The position numbers and the translations under genes were made by a program. Shown one piece after another: positions 16,916 through 25,963 of a DNA stretch of 48,628 bases. The notes under the pieces are model-generated. The model saw only the letters and a program-made list of their open reading frames with translations. It did no database searches and was not told the DNA's origin. Origin of the DNA: Halobacteriaceae archaeon (lineage in GTDB: Archaea; Halobacteriota; Halobacteria; Halobacteriales; Halobacteriaceae); contig JBDGTS010000021.1 of NCBI GenBank assembly GCA_042216675.1, forward strand, positions 1 to 48,628. Direction: 5' to 3'. Position 1 is the first letter of the stretch. Every line of letters starts with the position of its first letter.

Positions 16916-18889
16916 TCACTCGGTCTGGCCGCGGGCGCCGAGACGTTGCATGAAGTAGTAGCCGCCGCCGTAGAGCGGGTCGTGGTCCTCGTTGGGCACC
17001 GCGAACGTCCCGTCCGGGGCCGGCTGTGCCCAGTTCATCGCCTCGTCGTTCACCATGAAGCCGCCCATCCACGGCATCAGCGGGATGTTCGTGAGGTGGT
17101 AGGCGTACGTCCACACCAGCTTCTTCGTCGCCTCCGCGTGGGCCGAGGGGTTCTCCGTCTCGAAGCCCTTGGTCAGTTCCCGCGGATGGACCGTCTCTGT
17201 GGGTTCGGCGTCCATCTCCCCGATGGGCGGCACCTTGTACTTCTCGGGCACGGGCCCCGCGGGCCACACTGCGCCGGGCACGAGGTGGCCACGCGCTTCG
17301 AGGCCGACCGGAAGCTTGTCCTGGTTCCACCCCATCACCGCGCCGTAGCTACCCTGGTTATAGTGCTTCCAGACCTGGGAGCCGAGCGTCTGCAGTTCGG
17401 TCTTGACGCCGAAGTCCTTGAGGTCGTTGTGAATCGTCCGCATCATCGACACGTCCGTGGACGACGCCTGAATGACGAACTTGAGGGGGTCGCCGTTGGG
17501 CTTCGTCCACGTCCCGCCCTCCTTCGTCAGGCCAGCCTCCTCGAAGCGCTGGGCGGCCATCTCCAAGTCGCGCGCCGTGTAGGAGGGTAGGTCGTTCTCG
17601 TAGAAGTCCGGGAACCGCCCCTTGACGCGGTGGACCGAGCTCGGATGCGCCTTCTGGAACGGGTCGATGAGGTCCGCAGCGCGGGACCCGAGGTGGTTCG
17701 CCAGCACGTCCGAGAATTTGATGGCGTGACCGATACCCTGCCGGACCTTGGCCTGTTGCGCTCCCGCGACCCACTCTTCACGGGGCTTGTCCGTGTCGAT
17801 TCCCATGTACGGGTCGATCTTCCCCCCGTAGTTCATTTTCAGCGTCCAGCCGGCGGCCGTGGCGTAGGTGACCTGCTTGACCTGGTCGGGCACGGAGTTG
17901 TTGGGGATGCTGTCCGGAATCTGGGTGTCCGAGATGTGGATGTCGCCCGACTTGAGCGCCTGGTACCCTGCACTGGAGCCACCGCCGACGACCTTGATTT
18001 CGAGCGTCCGCGGCGTCGTGGCGTCCGACTTCGCGACCCAGTGGTCCTCGTTGAGCGTGAAGCGCGCGGTCTGGGGGTTCGCGGTCTCCAGCATCCACGG
18101 AGTACAGATCGGCGGATCGTCGGCCAGCGTGATCTCCTTGTTCGCGACTTCTTTCCGGATGGCCGACTTCTCCTCCTTCGTGGACGCCGACCGGAGCTCC
18201 TCCAGCTTCGTCCCGAAGAAGCCGTTCCGGTACGTCGTGATGTACTGGGACTCGAGGTCCGAGGTCACCACCTCGATGTTGTATCCGTTGGGGTTGAGTT
18301 CCATCACGAACGTGCGGTCGTTATCGCCCTCGACGCGCCAGCCGACGACCGCGGGGTTCTCGGGCCGGTTCTTCTTCGGGGTCATGCGACGTTGCAGTTC
18401 GAACCACGTCTTGAGGTCCCCGGCGGTGAACGGATCGATCGTCTCGCCACCCTGCGTCCAGTACACGTCTTCGCGGACCTGCACGCGGAGTTCGTTGTTC
18501 TCCTGGTCCTCGGTCCAGCCGAGGACGGACAGCGGAATCCAGTCGTAGTTGTGCGTCTCGGAGTCGGTGCCGGTGTGGGTGTACACCTGCCGGCTCAGGT
18601 CGCCGTTGGGGTTCGCCGCCCACCAGTTCAGGTTCGCGGAGGGGATGTCCGTGGACGTCTCCCTGAGGTGCCACTTCAGCGTGTCCTCGACGATTTTTGG
18701 GCCGCTCGTGGTCGTCGACGACCCGTTCCCGCCGTCGCCCCCACTGCTGGTGTCGGTGGGGTCGTTCGAACTGCCGCCACCGCTCGAACAGCCCGCCATG
18801 GCCACGACTGACGCTGCTGCAGCGGATTGCAGACAGCGGCGACGGCTGAACCTAGTACTCCCATTCTCGCCTCTGCCATCATCTGGCAT
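16916..18889 (-). CDS. ABC substrate-binding lipoprotein, family 5 (Dpp/Opp-type, probably oligosaccharide-binding)
   Basis: Tat signal FSRRRCL, lipobox MAGC, a Ser/Gly/Thr linker, and VREDVYW and KVRQGIGHAI motifs. Confidence 0.85.
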   Translation of the reverse strand: MPDDGRGENGSTRFSRRRCLQSAAAASVVAMAGCSSGGGSSNDPTDTSSGGDGGNGSSTTTSGPKIVEDTLKWHLRETSTDIPSANLNWWAANPNGDLSRQVYTHTGTDSETHNYDWIPLSVLGWTEDQENNELRVQVREDVYWTQGGETIDPFTAGDLKTWFELQRRMTPKKNRPENPAVVGWRVEGDNDRTFVMELNPNGYNIEVVTSDLESQYITTYRNGFFGTKLEELRSASTKEEKSAIRKEVANKEITLADDPPICTPWMLETANPQTARFTLNEDHWVAKSDATTPRTLEIKVVGGGSSAGYQALKSGDIHISDTQIPDSIPNNSVPDQVKQVTYATAAGWTLKMNYGGKIDPYMGIDTDKPREEWVAGAQQAKVRQGIGHAIKFSDVLANHLGSRAADLIDPFQKAHPSSVHRVKGRFPDFYENDLPSYTARDLEMAAQRFEEAGLTKEGGTWTKPNGDPLKFVIQASSTDVSMMRTIHNDLKDFGVKTELQTLGSQVWKHYNQGSYGAVMGWNQDKLPVGLEARGHLVPGAVWPAGPVPEKYKVPPIGEMDAEPTETVHPRELTKGFETENPSAHAEATKKLVWTYAYHLTNIPLMPWMGGFMVNDEAMNWAQPAPDGTFAVPNEDHDPLYGGGYYFMQRLGARGQTE

Positions 18890-19029
18890 GGTAGGTCAAC
18901 TCAACCCCATGCTGATAAAATTTTCCATGGATTATAATCGGCTACTGTCACACGCCTATCGTGTCTGCGGAATCGCCGACCGGCGAAAGACGTAATACCT
19001 CCCCATCGGAGAATCGAAGCGCACCCGCA

Positions 19030-20061
19030 ATGAGCGCACATCCCATCGACTACGAGACGCTGTCCGAGTGGACCGAACCGTTCCGGGACTGGCACTACTA
19101 CCCGGAGCACGTCATCGACCCCGAACCCGGAATCGACGGACATCCAGACGTGGTCCGAACGGACGTGCCGACCGTGTACCAGATTCCGGGTGACGACCGG
19201 TACTACATGTCGTTCGTCGGGTTCAACGGCGACGGCTACAAGACGTTCGTCGCGGAGAGCGAGGACCTCGTCCACTGGTCCGAGCCCCGCCTCGCGATGG
19301 GCTTCGGCCCGGAGGACGGCTTCGACCACGGCGGGGTCATCCTCGGCGCCTACCTCTACGACTCCTACGACCTCGACGCGCCGCGGCGACTGAAGCGCCA
19401 CGACGGCTACTACTGGAGCCTCTACGGCGGCTACCCCCGACAGGGGTCGTACGAACCCCGACCCGGTGCGGAGGGCCTCGCCCGGAGCGAGGACGGCATC
19501 CACTGGGAGCGTGCGACCGAGGACCCGATTCTCTCGGTGTACGACGCCGACTGCGGCGACTGGGAGCAGAGCTGTATCTACCAGCCGTGGCTCGTGGAGC
19601 ACGAGGGGACCTACTACAACTTCTACAACGCCGCGGAGGGGTCCGTCGAGCAGACCGGGCTGGCCGTCTCCGACGACCTGTACGAGTGGGAGCGCTCCGA
19701 CCGGAACCCCATCGTCGAGACGGGGCCGCCCGCGAGCTACAACTCACAGTTTTCCTCGGACCCGAAGGTGTTCCGCCACGACGACCACTGGGTGATGCTG
19801 TTCTTCGGCGTCGGTCGCGACGGCGCGCACATCATGGCGGCGTTCTCCTGGGACCTCCAGCACTGGACCGTCAACCCCGAGCCGCTGTACCGCGCGGGCG
19901 GGCATCCGGACGGGCTCGACGAGCGCTTCGCGCACAAGATTTCGCTCGTCTACGAGGCGGACGAGGACCGCTACTACATGTTCTACAACGCCGTGGGCGA
20001 TGCGGGCCGCGGCATCGGCCTCCTCACCAGCGAGCCGCTTTCGGACGTGGAGCGCCCCTGA
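19030..20061 (+). CDS. Five-bladed beta-propeller glycosidase, GH137-like (beta-L-arabinofuranosidase candidate)
   Basis: Repeated SxDxxxW blades (SEDLVHW, SEDGIHW, SDDLYEW, SWDLQHW). N-terminal DVPTV...YMSFVGFNGDGYKTFVAES. Confidence 0.7.
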   Translation: MSAHPIDYETLSEWTEPFRDWHYYPEHVIDPEPGIDGHPDVVRTDVPTVYQIPGDDRYYMSFVGFNGDGYKTFVAESEDLVHWSEPRLAMGFGPEDGFDHGGVILGAYLYDSYDLDAPRRLKRHDGYYWSLYGGYPRQGSYEPRPGAEGLARSEDGIHWERATEDPILSVYDADCGDWEQSCIYQPWLVEHEGTYYNFYNAAEGSVEQTGLAVSDDLYEWERSDRNPIVETGPPASYNSQFSSDPKVFRHDDHWVMLFFGVGRDGAHIMAAFSWDLQHWTVNPEPLYRAGGHPDGLDERFAHKISLVYEADEDRYYMFYNAVGDAGRGIGLLTSEPLSDVERP

Positions 20062-20116
20062 CGCGGCTGTTCACCCCCACAGTTAAGAGGTCGCACGGTG
20101 ACGAATCCATCACGCG

Positions 20117-20971
20117 ATGCTCACCTTCGCACCGGGAGTCACCGGGTCGGGTAGCGCCGTCGTCGCGCTGAGCGCGGTTCTGCTCGTCGGTGCGTCGGCG
20201 TTTGCCACCGTCGCGTACGTACCGCGGGCGCGCTCGCTCGTCGAACGGGAACGAGAGCGGACCGCCACGGAGCGGGACGCGTTCGTCGCCTTCGCGAGCG
20301 AAGTGTCGTCGCTCGACGCGTCTCTCTCCAGTGCGCGCCGAGAGCCGTCGTCAGCGGCGGGCGGGACGGCGCGCCTCGCGGGCACCGACCGGGGCGGAGG
20401 GTCCCAGACCAGACGGATCGTGCGTGCGTACCGCGACACAGTTCTCGCTGTGGATCACCGCGACAGCGTCGAGGAGTCGCTCGCGCGGAATCTGGCCGCG
20501 GAGCTCGGCACCGACCTGGCCGCGCCTCTCCTCGACGGAGCGACCGTCTCGCCACAGCTTCAAGCGGCCCTCGCGCGGCGGGCCCGGGCGGTGGCCGACA
20601 CCCGCGACTCGGCCGTCACCGAGCTCGACAGGGAGGCCGACGCGCTCGCGGACGCCGAGCGGACCCTCGACGACGTGGCGAGCGACGTCGACGAACTCGG
20701 CGTCGAACCGGCGCGGCGCCTGTCCTTCGAGGCACTGTTCGAGGAGTGGACACGCCTCGGCGACGTCCAGTCGCGCGTCGAGGCCCTGCTCGACGACCGC
20801 CAACGTGACCTCCACGCCCGCGACGGAAGTGGTAATCTCAAGCGGGGGCTCGCGTTCGTCTACGGGCCGCTCCCGGTCCGTCACCCGGTCCTCGCGGCGG
20901 GGGTGGAACTCGCCAATCGGATTCGCGAGGCACGCGAAACGCGGGCGTCGCGGCTGACGTGGCGCTCTTGA
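20117..20971 (+). CDS. Haloarchaeal hypothetical helical protein (DUF7260-like) with an N-terminal TM segment
   Basis: ERERTATERDAFVAF, RAYRDTVLAVDH, LAAELG, DDRQRDLH and HPVL motifs resemble a recurrent haloarchaeal family. Confidence 0.65.
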   Translation: MLTFAPGVTGSGSAVVALSAVLLVGASAFATVAYVPRARSLVERERERTATERDAFVAFASEVSSLDASLSSARREPSSAAGGTARLAGTDRGGGSQTRRIVRAYRDTVLAVDHRDSVEESLARNLAAELGTDLAAPLLDGATVSPQLQAALARRARAVADTRDSAVTELDREADALADAERTLDDVASDVDELGVEPARRLSFEALFEEWTRLGDVQSRVEALLDDRQRDLHARDGSGNLKRGLAFVYGPLPVRHPVLAAGVELANRIREARETRASRLTWRS

Positions 20972-20996
20972 CCGGGCCGGGCCGGGCCGGGCCGGG
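20972..20996 (+). repeat. Perfect (CCGGG)5 tandem repeat
   Basis: Read directly, between a stop codon and the TTTGAAG box upstream of the kinase gene. Confidence 0.9.
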
Positions 20997-21031
20997 ATGG
21001 TTTGAAGTGTCCCGCTCGCCACGCCGACAGC

Positions 21032-22384
21032 ATGGACGAACCGTTGCTCGCCTTCTACGGCGACGACTTCACGGGATCGACTGACGCGCTCGAGGGCCTC
21101 GCGTTGAACGGCGTGCGCGCGATGCTGTTTCTCGACCCGCCCACATCCGCGGAACTCGCGGCCGTCGGCGACCTCGACGCCGTCGGCGTGGCCGGCCGCT
21201 CACGCTCGATGAGCCCCGAACAGATGGACGAGACCCTCCCCGACGTGTTCCGGGCGCTGGGTGACCTCGAACCCGAGATGATTCACTACAAGGTGTGCTC
21301 GACGTTCGACTCAGCGCCCGACGTGGGGAGCATCGGCCGCGCAATCGACGTGGCACAGTCGACGCTCGATTCGCCGTTCGTTCCCGTCTCGCAGGCCTCG
21401 ACGGTCCCGGCGGGCCGCTACGTCGCCTTCGGGAACCTCTTCGCGGCGGAGGGCGACGACGTGTACCGCATCGACCGCCACCCGACGATGCGCGACCACC
21501 CGACGACGCCGATGCGCGAGAGCGACTTGCGCCGTCACCTCGGCGAGCAGACGGACCGCGACATCGGCCTCGTCGACCTCCGGCAACTGGAGCGCGGCGC
21601 GGTGTCGCTCCCCGAGTCTGAGGTGGTAGTCTTCGACGCCATCGCGCCGCGGCACCTCCACACCATCGGCGAGTTCCTCTGGGACCGCGCGACGGCCGCC
21701 GACGGCCCCCTCTTCGCCGTCGGGTCGTCGGGACTCGAACACCACGCGCTCACGACTCGGTGGGCCGAGACGGGCGCTATTCCGGACACGGACTCGTTGC
21801 TCGAACCCCACCCGCCGGTGGAACAGGTCGCCGTCGTCTCCGGGAGTGCGTCCCCGGTGACGGATCGACAGATACAGCGCGCGGCCGACGACGGCTTCGC
21901 CACCCTCCGCCTCGACGCGCCGCGCCTCGTCGACCCCGACGAGGCGGCCGCGGCCCGCGAGGACGCCCTCGACGCCGCACTCGCCGCGGTCGAAGATGGG
22001 CGGAGCGTCGTCCTCTACACGGCGCGTGGTCCCGACGACCCCGCCATCGAGCGGACGCGCGAGCGGTACGCGGCCCTCGACTGCGACGAGAGCATGGGCG
22101 CGCGCCTCGGCCGTGAGCAGGGCCGCGTGTTCCGGGCCCTCATCGCGGAGAGTGGGCTCGAGCGCGTCTGCGTCGCTGGCGGCGACACGAGTGGCTACGT
22201 CGTCCCCCAACTCGACGCCTACGCGCTCGAACCGGTCGCGCCCACCGCGCCCGGCGCGCCGCTCTGTCGGATCCACTCGCACACCGACGTCTTCGACGGC
22301 ATCGAAATCACGCTCAAGGGCGGCCAGACGGGCGGCGAGAACTACTTCGAGGCTTTGCGGGCGGGCGGCGTCGACCCGGAATGA
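21032..22384 (+). CDS. oiaK: DUF1537 acid-sugar kinase, probable 3-oxo-isoapionate kinase
   Basis: YGDDFTGSTD, HYKVCSTFDS, GRYVAFGNLFA, DRHPTM, SGSASPVT, AGGDTSG and LKGGQ motifs. Co-located with the RLP and ApnO genes. Confidence 0.8.
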   Translation: MDEPLLAFYGDDFTGSTDALEGLALNGVRAMLFLDPPTSAELAAVGDLDAVGVAGRSRSMSPEQMDETLPDVFRALGDLEPEMIHYKVCSTFDSAPDVGSIGRAIDVAQSTLDSPFVPVSQASTVPAGRYVAFGNLFAAEGDDVYRIDRHPTMRDHPTTPMRESDLRRHLGEQTDRDIGLVDLRQLERGAVSLPESEVVVFDAIAPRHLHTIGEFLWDRATAADGPLFAVGSSGLEHHALTTRWAETGAIPDTDSLLEPHPPVEQVAVVSGSASPVTDRQIQRAADDGFATLRLDAPRLVDPDEAAAAREDALDAALAAVEDGRSVVLYTARGPDDPAIERTRERYAALDCDESMGARLGREQGRVFRALIAESGLERVCVAGGDTSGYVVPQLDAYALEPVAPTAPGAPLCRIHSHTDVFDGIEITLKGGQTGGENYFEALRAGGVDPE

Positions 22385-24049
22385 TCACCACTCGATAGCG
22401 GACCAGCGGCGGCGCAGGTCTGCCTCGCGGTGGCCCGCCTCGTCCCGCACTGTCCGGTCGGCGTACAGCGGATGGTGGTCGCCCTCGGGCGCGACGTCGA
22501 CGACGGTATCGCCGCGCCACGTCACGTTGAAGGACCGATCGGCCGCCGTCGCCGTCGTCTTCGCGTCGCGCACCGGGAACGACACCGACAGCCGGTCACC
22601 GTCGGCCACATTCGAGAGGCGGAGGAAGTCCCCCTCCCAGCCGTCCCGCTCGGCGCCGGAGACGCTCACGCGCGCAGGGTCCACCCACGACGGAACGCGG
22701 ACCCGCAGGCGCGGCACGTCGCGGTTCGCGTCCACCACGACGCGCCCCTCGTGGGGGAGATAGCTGTAGACGTCTACCGCCGGCGTCTCGCGGTTGAGGA
22801 GGAGGTTCACCGACACGTCGTCGCCGTCTGTCGTGACTGCGTGGTGCCACGCGAGGAAGAGGCCGCGAGTCCCCGCTGCGACACAGCACGTCATCACGTC
22901 CGGGTCGTCGCCCACGTCACAGACGAAGTCGTTGGGCGCGGCCCACCCCGGGAACGCGCCGCGCAGTCGCTCGGCCACCTCGTCGTCGCCGAGCCACGCG
23001 GTGTCGCGCAACTGCGTCCCGGCGAGGTGGTTGCGGACGAAGCGCTCGACGCGGCCCCAGTGCTCGGGATAGCCGTGCTCGGCGAGCAAGATTCCGAGTT
23101 CGATCATGTCGACGAGCGCACACGTCTCGTGCTTGTGGACGTAGTCCTCGCGGAGCGCACCCGGGAACCAGCCGAACGCGGTACCCTGCGAGAGCGCCCA
23201 GTCGTATACCGTCGCGGCCCAGTCGAGGGTGGCGGCGTCGTCCGCGGTCAGCGCGTACCGCGCGATGGCGGTGACGCTGACCATTCGGCTGTGGAAGTGG
23301 CCCGTGCGGAACTCCACGCCGTCGTTGAAGCTCCCGTCGTCGTTGAACGCGCCGCTGTACTCGACGGTGTGACGCGTGAACTCCCGGGAGAGGTCGAGCG
23401 CGTCGTGGTTGCCCGTCAGTTCGTGGTAGCGCGCGAGCGGATTGATCATCCGGGCGCTGGTGTGGGCCGGATCCGTCGCCAGACCGAGGTAGATGGTGTC
23501 CGGCGACGGCCAGCCGTCGCGCGTGTACTCGACGGCCGGGAAGTACCAGAAGTCCTGCTTCTCGAGGTGAGGGTGCCCCTCCTTGACGGCGATGCGGCGG
23601 AGCGCCGCACACAGGTCGTCGGCGGCGTCGCGCACGTCCGGGTCTGACTCCTGCATGTACCACGTCACCAACCCCAACAGCACCGAACGCTGATCGTGCA
23701 TGTTGGCACGGGGTTCGGTGTGCTCGGACGCCGCACGGTAGTTGAGGCCGTCGTCATCGAACATGTCGAGGAGCCGCTCCCTGAGGTCAGCCTCCACGTC
23801 GCGGCCGGTGTCTGCCCCCGTCATCTCGCGGGCCAGCGCGATGGAGCTGACGAGGCGGCCGACGCTACTGCCGTAGTCCCAACTCGAGTGTGCCAGCGAG
23901 GGCGGCGACGCGGTGAGGTCGGCGGTCATGTACGGCCGCCCGTCGTCCGCGTCGAGACAGCGCGTGAGCGCGTTGAGCGCGGTGCGGGCGCGGTCTTCCA
24001 GCGAGAGCGTGTCGGGAACGGTCCCGTCCCCGGGCGGTGTGTCAACCAT
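22385..24049 (-). CDS. GH127/GH146-like cysteine glycosidase (beta-L-arabinofuranosidase/aceric acid hydrolase superfamily), divergent
   Basis: HETCA and MTCC zinc/nucleophile motifs, ERFVRNHL and a C-terminal LRVRVPSW sandwich. The true start is ATG 24049. Confidence 0.7.
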   Translation of the reverse strand: MVDTPPGDGTVPDTLSLEDRARTALNALTRCLDADDGRPYMTADLTASPPSLAHSSWDYGSSVGRLVSSIALAREMTGADTGRDVEADLRERLLDMFDDDGLNYRAASEHTEPRANMHDQRSVLLGLVTWYMQESDPDVRDAADDLCAALRRIAVKEGHPHLEKQDFWYFPAVEYTRDGWPSPDTIYLGLATDPAHTSARMINPLARYHELTGNHDALDLSREFTRHTVEYSGAFNDDGSFNDGVEFRTGHFHSRMVSVTAIARYALTADDAATLDWAATVYDWALSQGTAFGWFPGALREDYVHKHETCALVDMIELGILLAEHGYPEHWGRVERFVRNHLAGTQLRDTAWLGDDEVAERLRGAFPGWAAPNDFVCDVGDDPDVMTCCVAAGTRGLFLAWHHAVTTDGDDVSVNLLLNRETPAVDVYSYLPHEGRVVVDANRDVPRLRVRVPSWVDPARVSVSGAERDGWEGDFLRLSNVADGDRLSVSFPVRDAKTTATAADRSFNVTWRGDTVVDVAPEGDHHPLYADRTVRDEAGHREADLRRRWSAIEW

Positions 24050-24139
24050 CGGCGTATCGGGGCCTGCTCCCCGACCCGTAATAATTGCACCGGGGGTCGC
24101 GCCACGAACATTTATGTCGTTGCTCCGTTCCGATGCGGT

Positions 24140-24922
24140 ATGGCGTTGCCAGATCTCCTCGACGACGAGGTAGCCGTCGTTACCGGCGGCGCGAGCGGAA
24201 ACGGCCGGCAGATCGCTCTCAGCTTCGCCGAACAGGGCGCCGACGTAGTCGTGGCCGACCTCACCGACGAACCACGAGAGGGTGGCGTACCCACACACGA
24301 GCGCATCCGCGAAGAGACGGATGCAGACGCGGCGTACGTCGAGTGTGACGTGTCCGACGTGGACGACGTGTACGCGGCCGTCGATTCGGCGGAACAGTTC
24401 GGCGGCGTGACCGTGATGGTGAACAACGCTGGCATCACCGAGAGCCAGTCCTTCGCGGAGACGACGGAAGCGGAGTTCGACCAGATGATGGACGTGAACG
24501 TGAAGGGTGTCTTCTTCGGCGCGCAGGCCGCCGCACGCTCCATGGCGGAGGGCGACCGCCGGGGCTCTATCGTCAACATCTCCAGCACGTCGGGTCTGCG
24601 CGGCCGCGGGGACGGCGTGCGCTACTGCACCTCGAAGGGCGCGGTGCGCCTGATGACCTACGCGCTGGCCGACGCCCTCGCGCCCCGGATTCGCGTCAAC
24701 GCGATCCATCCCGACTACACGGAGACGGCGATGACGCGCGACGACCTCGACATGATCGGCACCGACGAGGGCGCGCGCTACGTTGAGGAGAACCTCCTCC
24801 TCGACCGGCCGAGCCAACCCGACGACATCGCCAACGCCGCGCTCTACCTGTCGAGCGACCTCGGGTCCTTCGTCACCGGTCACTCGCTCGTCGTGGACGG
24901 TGGCGTGACGGCGACGAAGTGA
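24140..24922 (+). CDS. SDR family oxidoreductase (sugar dehydrogenase-like)
   Basis: TGGASGNG, NNAG, YCTSK, IRVNAIHP and VDGG motifs. Confidence 0.93.
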   Translation: MALPDLLDDEVAVVTGGASGNGRQIALSFAEQGADVVVADLTDEPREGGVPTHERIREETDADAAYVECDVSDVDDVYAAVDSAEQFGGVTVMVNNAGITESQSFAETTEAEFDQMMDVNVKGVFFGAQAAARSMAEGDRRGSIVNISSTSGLRGRGDGVRYCTSKGAVRLMTYALADALAPRIRVNAIHPDYTETAMTRDDLDMIGTDEGARYVEENLLLDRPSQPDDIANAALYLSSDLGSFVTGHSLVVDGGVTATK

Positions 24923-24966
24923 CCGCCGTCGGTACATATATGGCGCCCCCCACGCAGGAGGGCAAC

Positions 24967-25962
24967 ATGGAGTACACGACTCTCGGTGACACCGGACTCG
25001 AAGTGAGTCGTATCGGTCTCGGTTGCATGTCCTTCGGCGACCCGGATTGGCGAGACTGGGTCCTCGGCGAGGACGAGAGCCGCGAGATCATCGAGCGCGC
25101 GATCGACCTCGGTATCAACTTCTTCGACACCGCGAACCAGTATTCGACAGGCGAGTCCGAGCGCATCCTCGGGACCGTCCTCGACGACTACGACCGGGAC
25201 TGGCCGGTGGTGGCGTCGAAGGTGTACAACCCGATGGACCCCGACAACCCGAACGCGGAGGGCCTCTCACGGAAAGCCATCGAGCAGGAACTGCAGAACA
25301 GTCTCGACCGACTGGGCATGGACACCATCGACCTGTATCAGATCCACCGCTGGGACTACGACACGCCCATCGAGGAGACGGTGCGCGCCCTCGACGACGC
25401 CGTGCGGCGCGGCGACGTGCGCTATCTCGGTGCCTCCTCGATGTGGGCCCATCAGTTCGCGGACGCCATCCGCACGGCGGACGCCCTCGGCGCCGAACAG
25501 TTCGTCTCGATGCAGAACCACTACAACCTCGCGTACCGCGAGGAGGAGCGCGAGATGCTTCCGTTCTGTCGCAAACACGGCATCGGCGTCGTGACCTGGA
25601 GCCCGCTCGCGCGGGGCTTCCTCGCGCGGCCTCACGAGACGTTCGCGGACACCACGCGCGGCGACCAGAGCCTCGAACGCGGCGACGTAGTCACGGACAT
25701 GATCCGGACCTACCGCGCGAACGGCGGCGACGAAATCAACGAGCGCGTGCAGGAACTGGCCGACGAGAAGCAGGTGTCGATGGCGCAGATCGCGCTCGCG
25801 TGGCTCCTTCACAAGGACACCGTGGACGCTCCCATCGTCGGAACGACGAGCGTCGAACACCTCGAAGACGCCGTCGAAGCCCTCGACATCGACCTCTCGG
25901 ACAGCGACATCGAGTGGCTCGAAGAGCCCTATCAGCCCGTCCCCGTCGTCGGGCACGAGTGA
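24967..25962 (+). CDS. Aldo/keto reductase
   Basis: GLGCMSFG, FFDTANQY, DLYQIHRWD, QNHYNL and WSPLARG motifs. Confidence 0.93.
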   Translation: MEYTTLGDTGLEVSRIGLGCMSFGDPDWRDWVLGEDESREIIERAIDLGINFFDTANQYSTGESERILGTVLDDYDRDWPVVASKVYNPMDPDNPNAEGLSRKAIEQELQNSLDRLGMDTIDLYQIHRWDYDTPIEETVRALDDAVRRGDVRYLGASSMWAHQFADAIRTADALGAEQFVSMQNHYNLAYREEEREMLPFCRKHGIGVVTWSPLARGFLARPHETFADTTRGDQSLERGDVVTDMIRTYRANGGDEINERVQELADEKQVSMAQIALAWLLHKDTVDAPIVGTTSVEHLEDAVEALDIDLSDSDIEWLEEPYQPVPVVGHE

Positions 25963-25963
25963 G

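Noticed and set aside
24050-24937. 296-aa N-terminal extension of the 850-aa ORF 22385-24937
   Set aside because: It is the antisense shadow of the SDR gene. The glycosidase starts at 24049.
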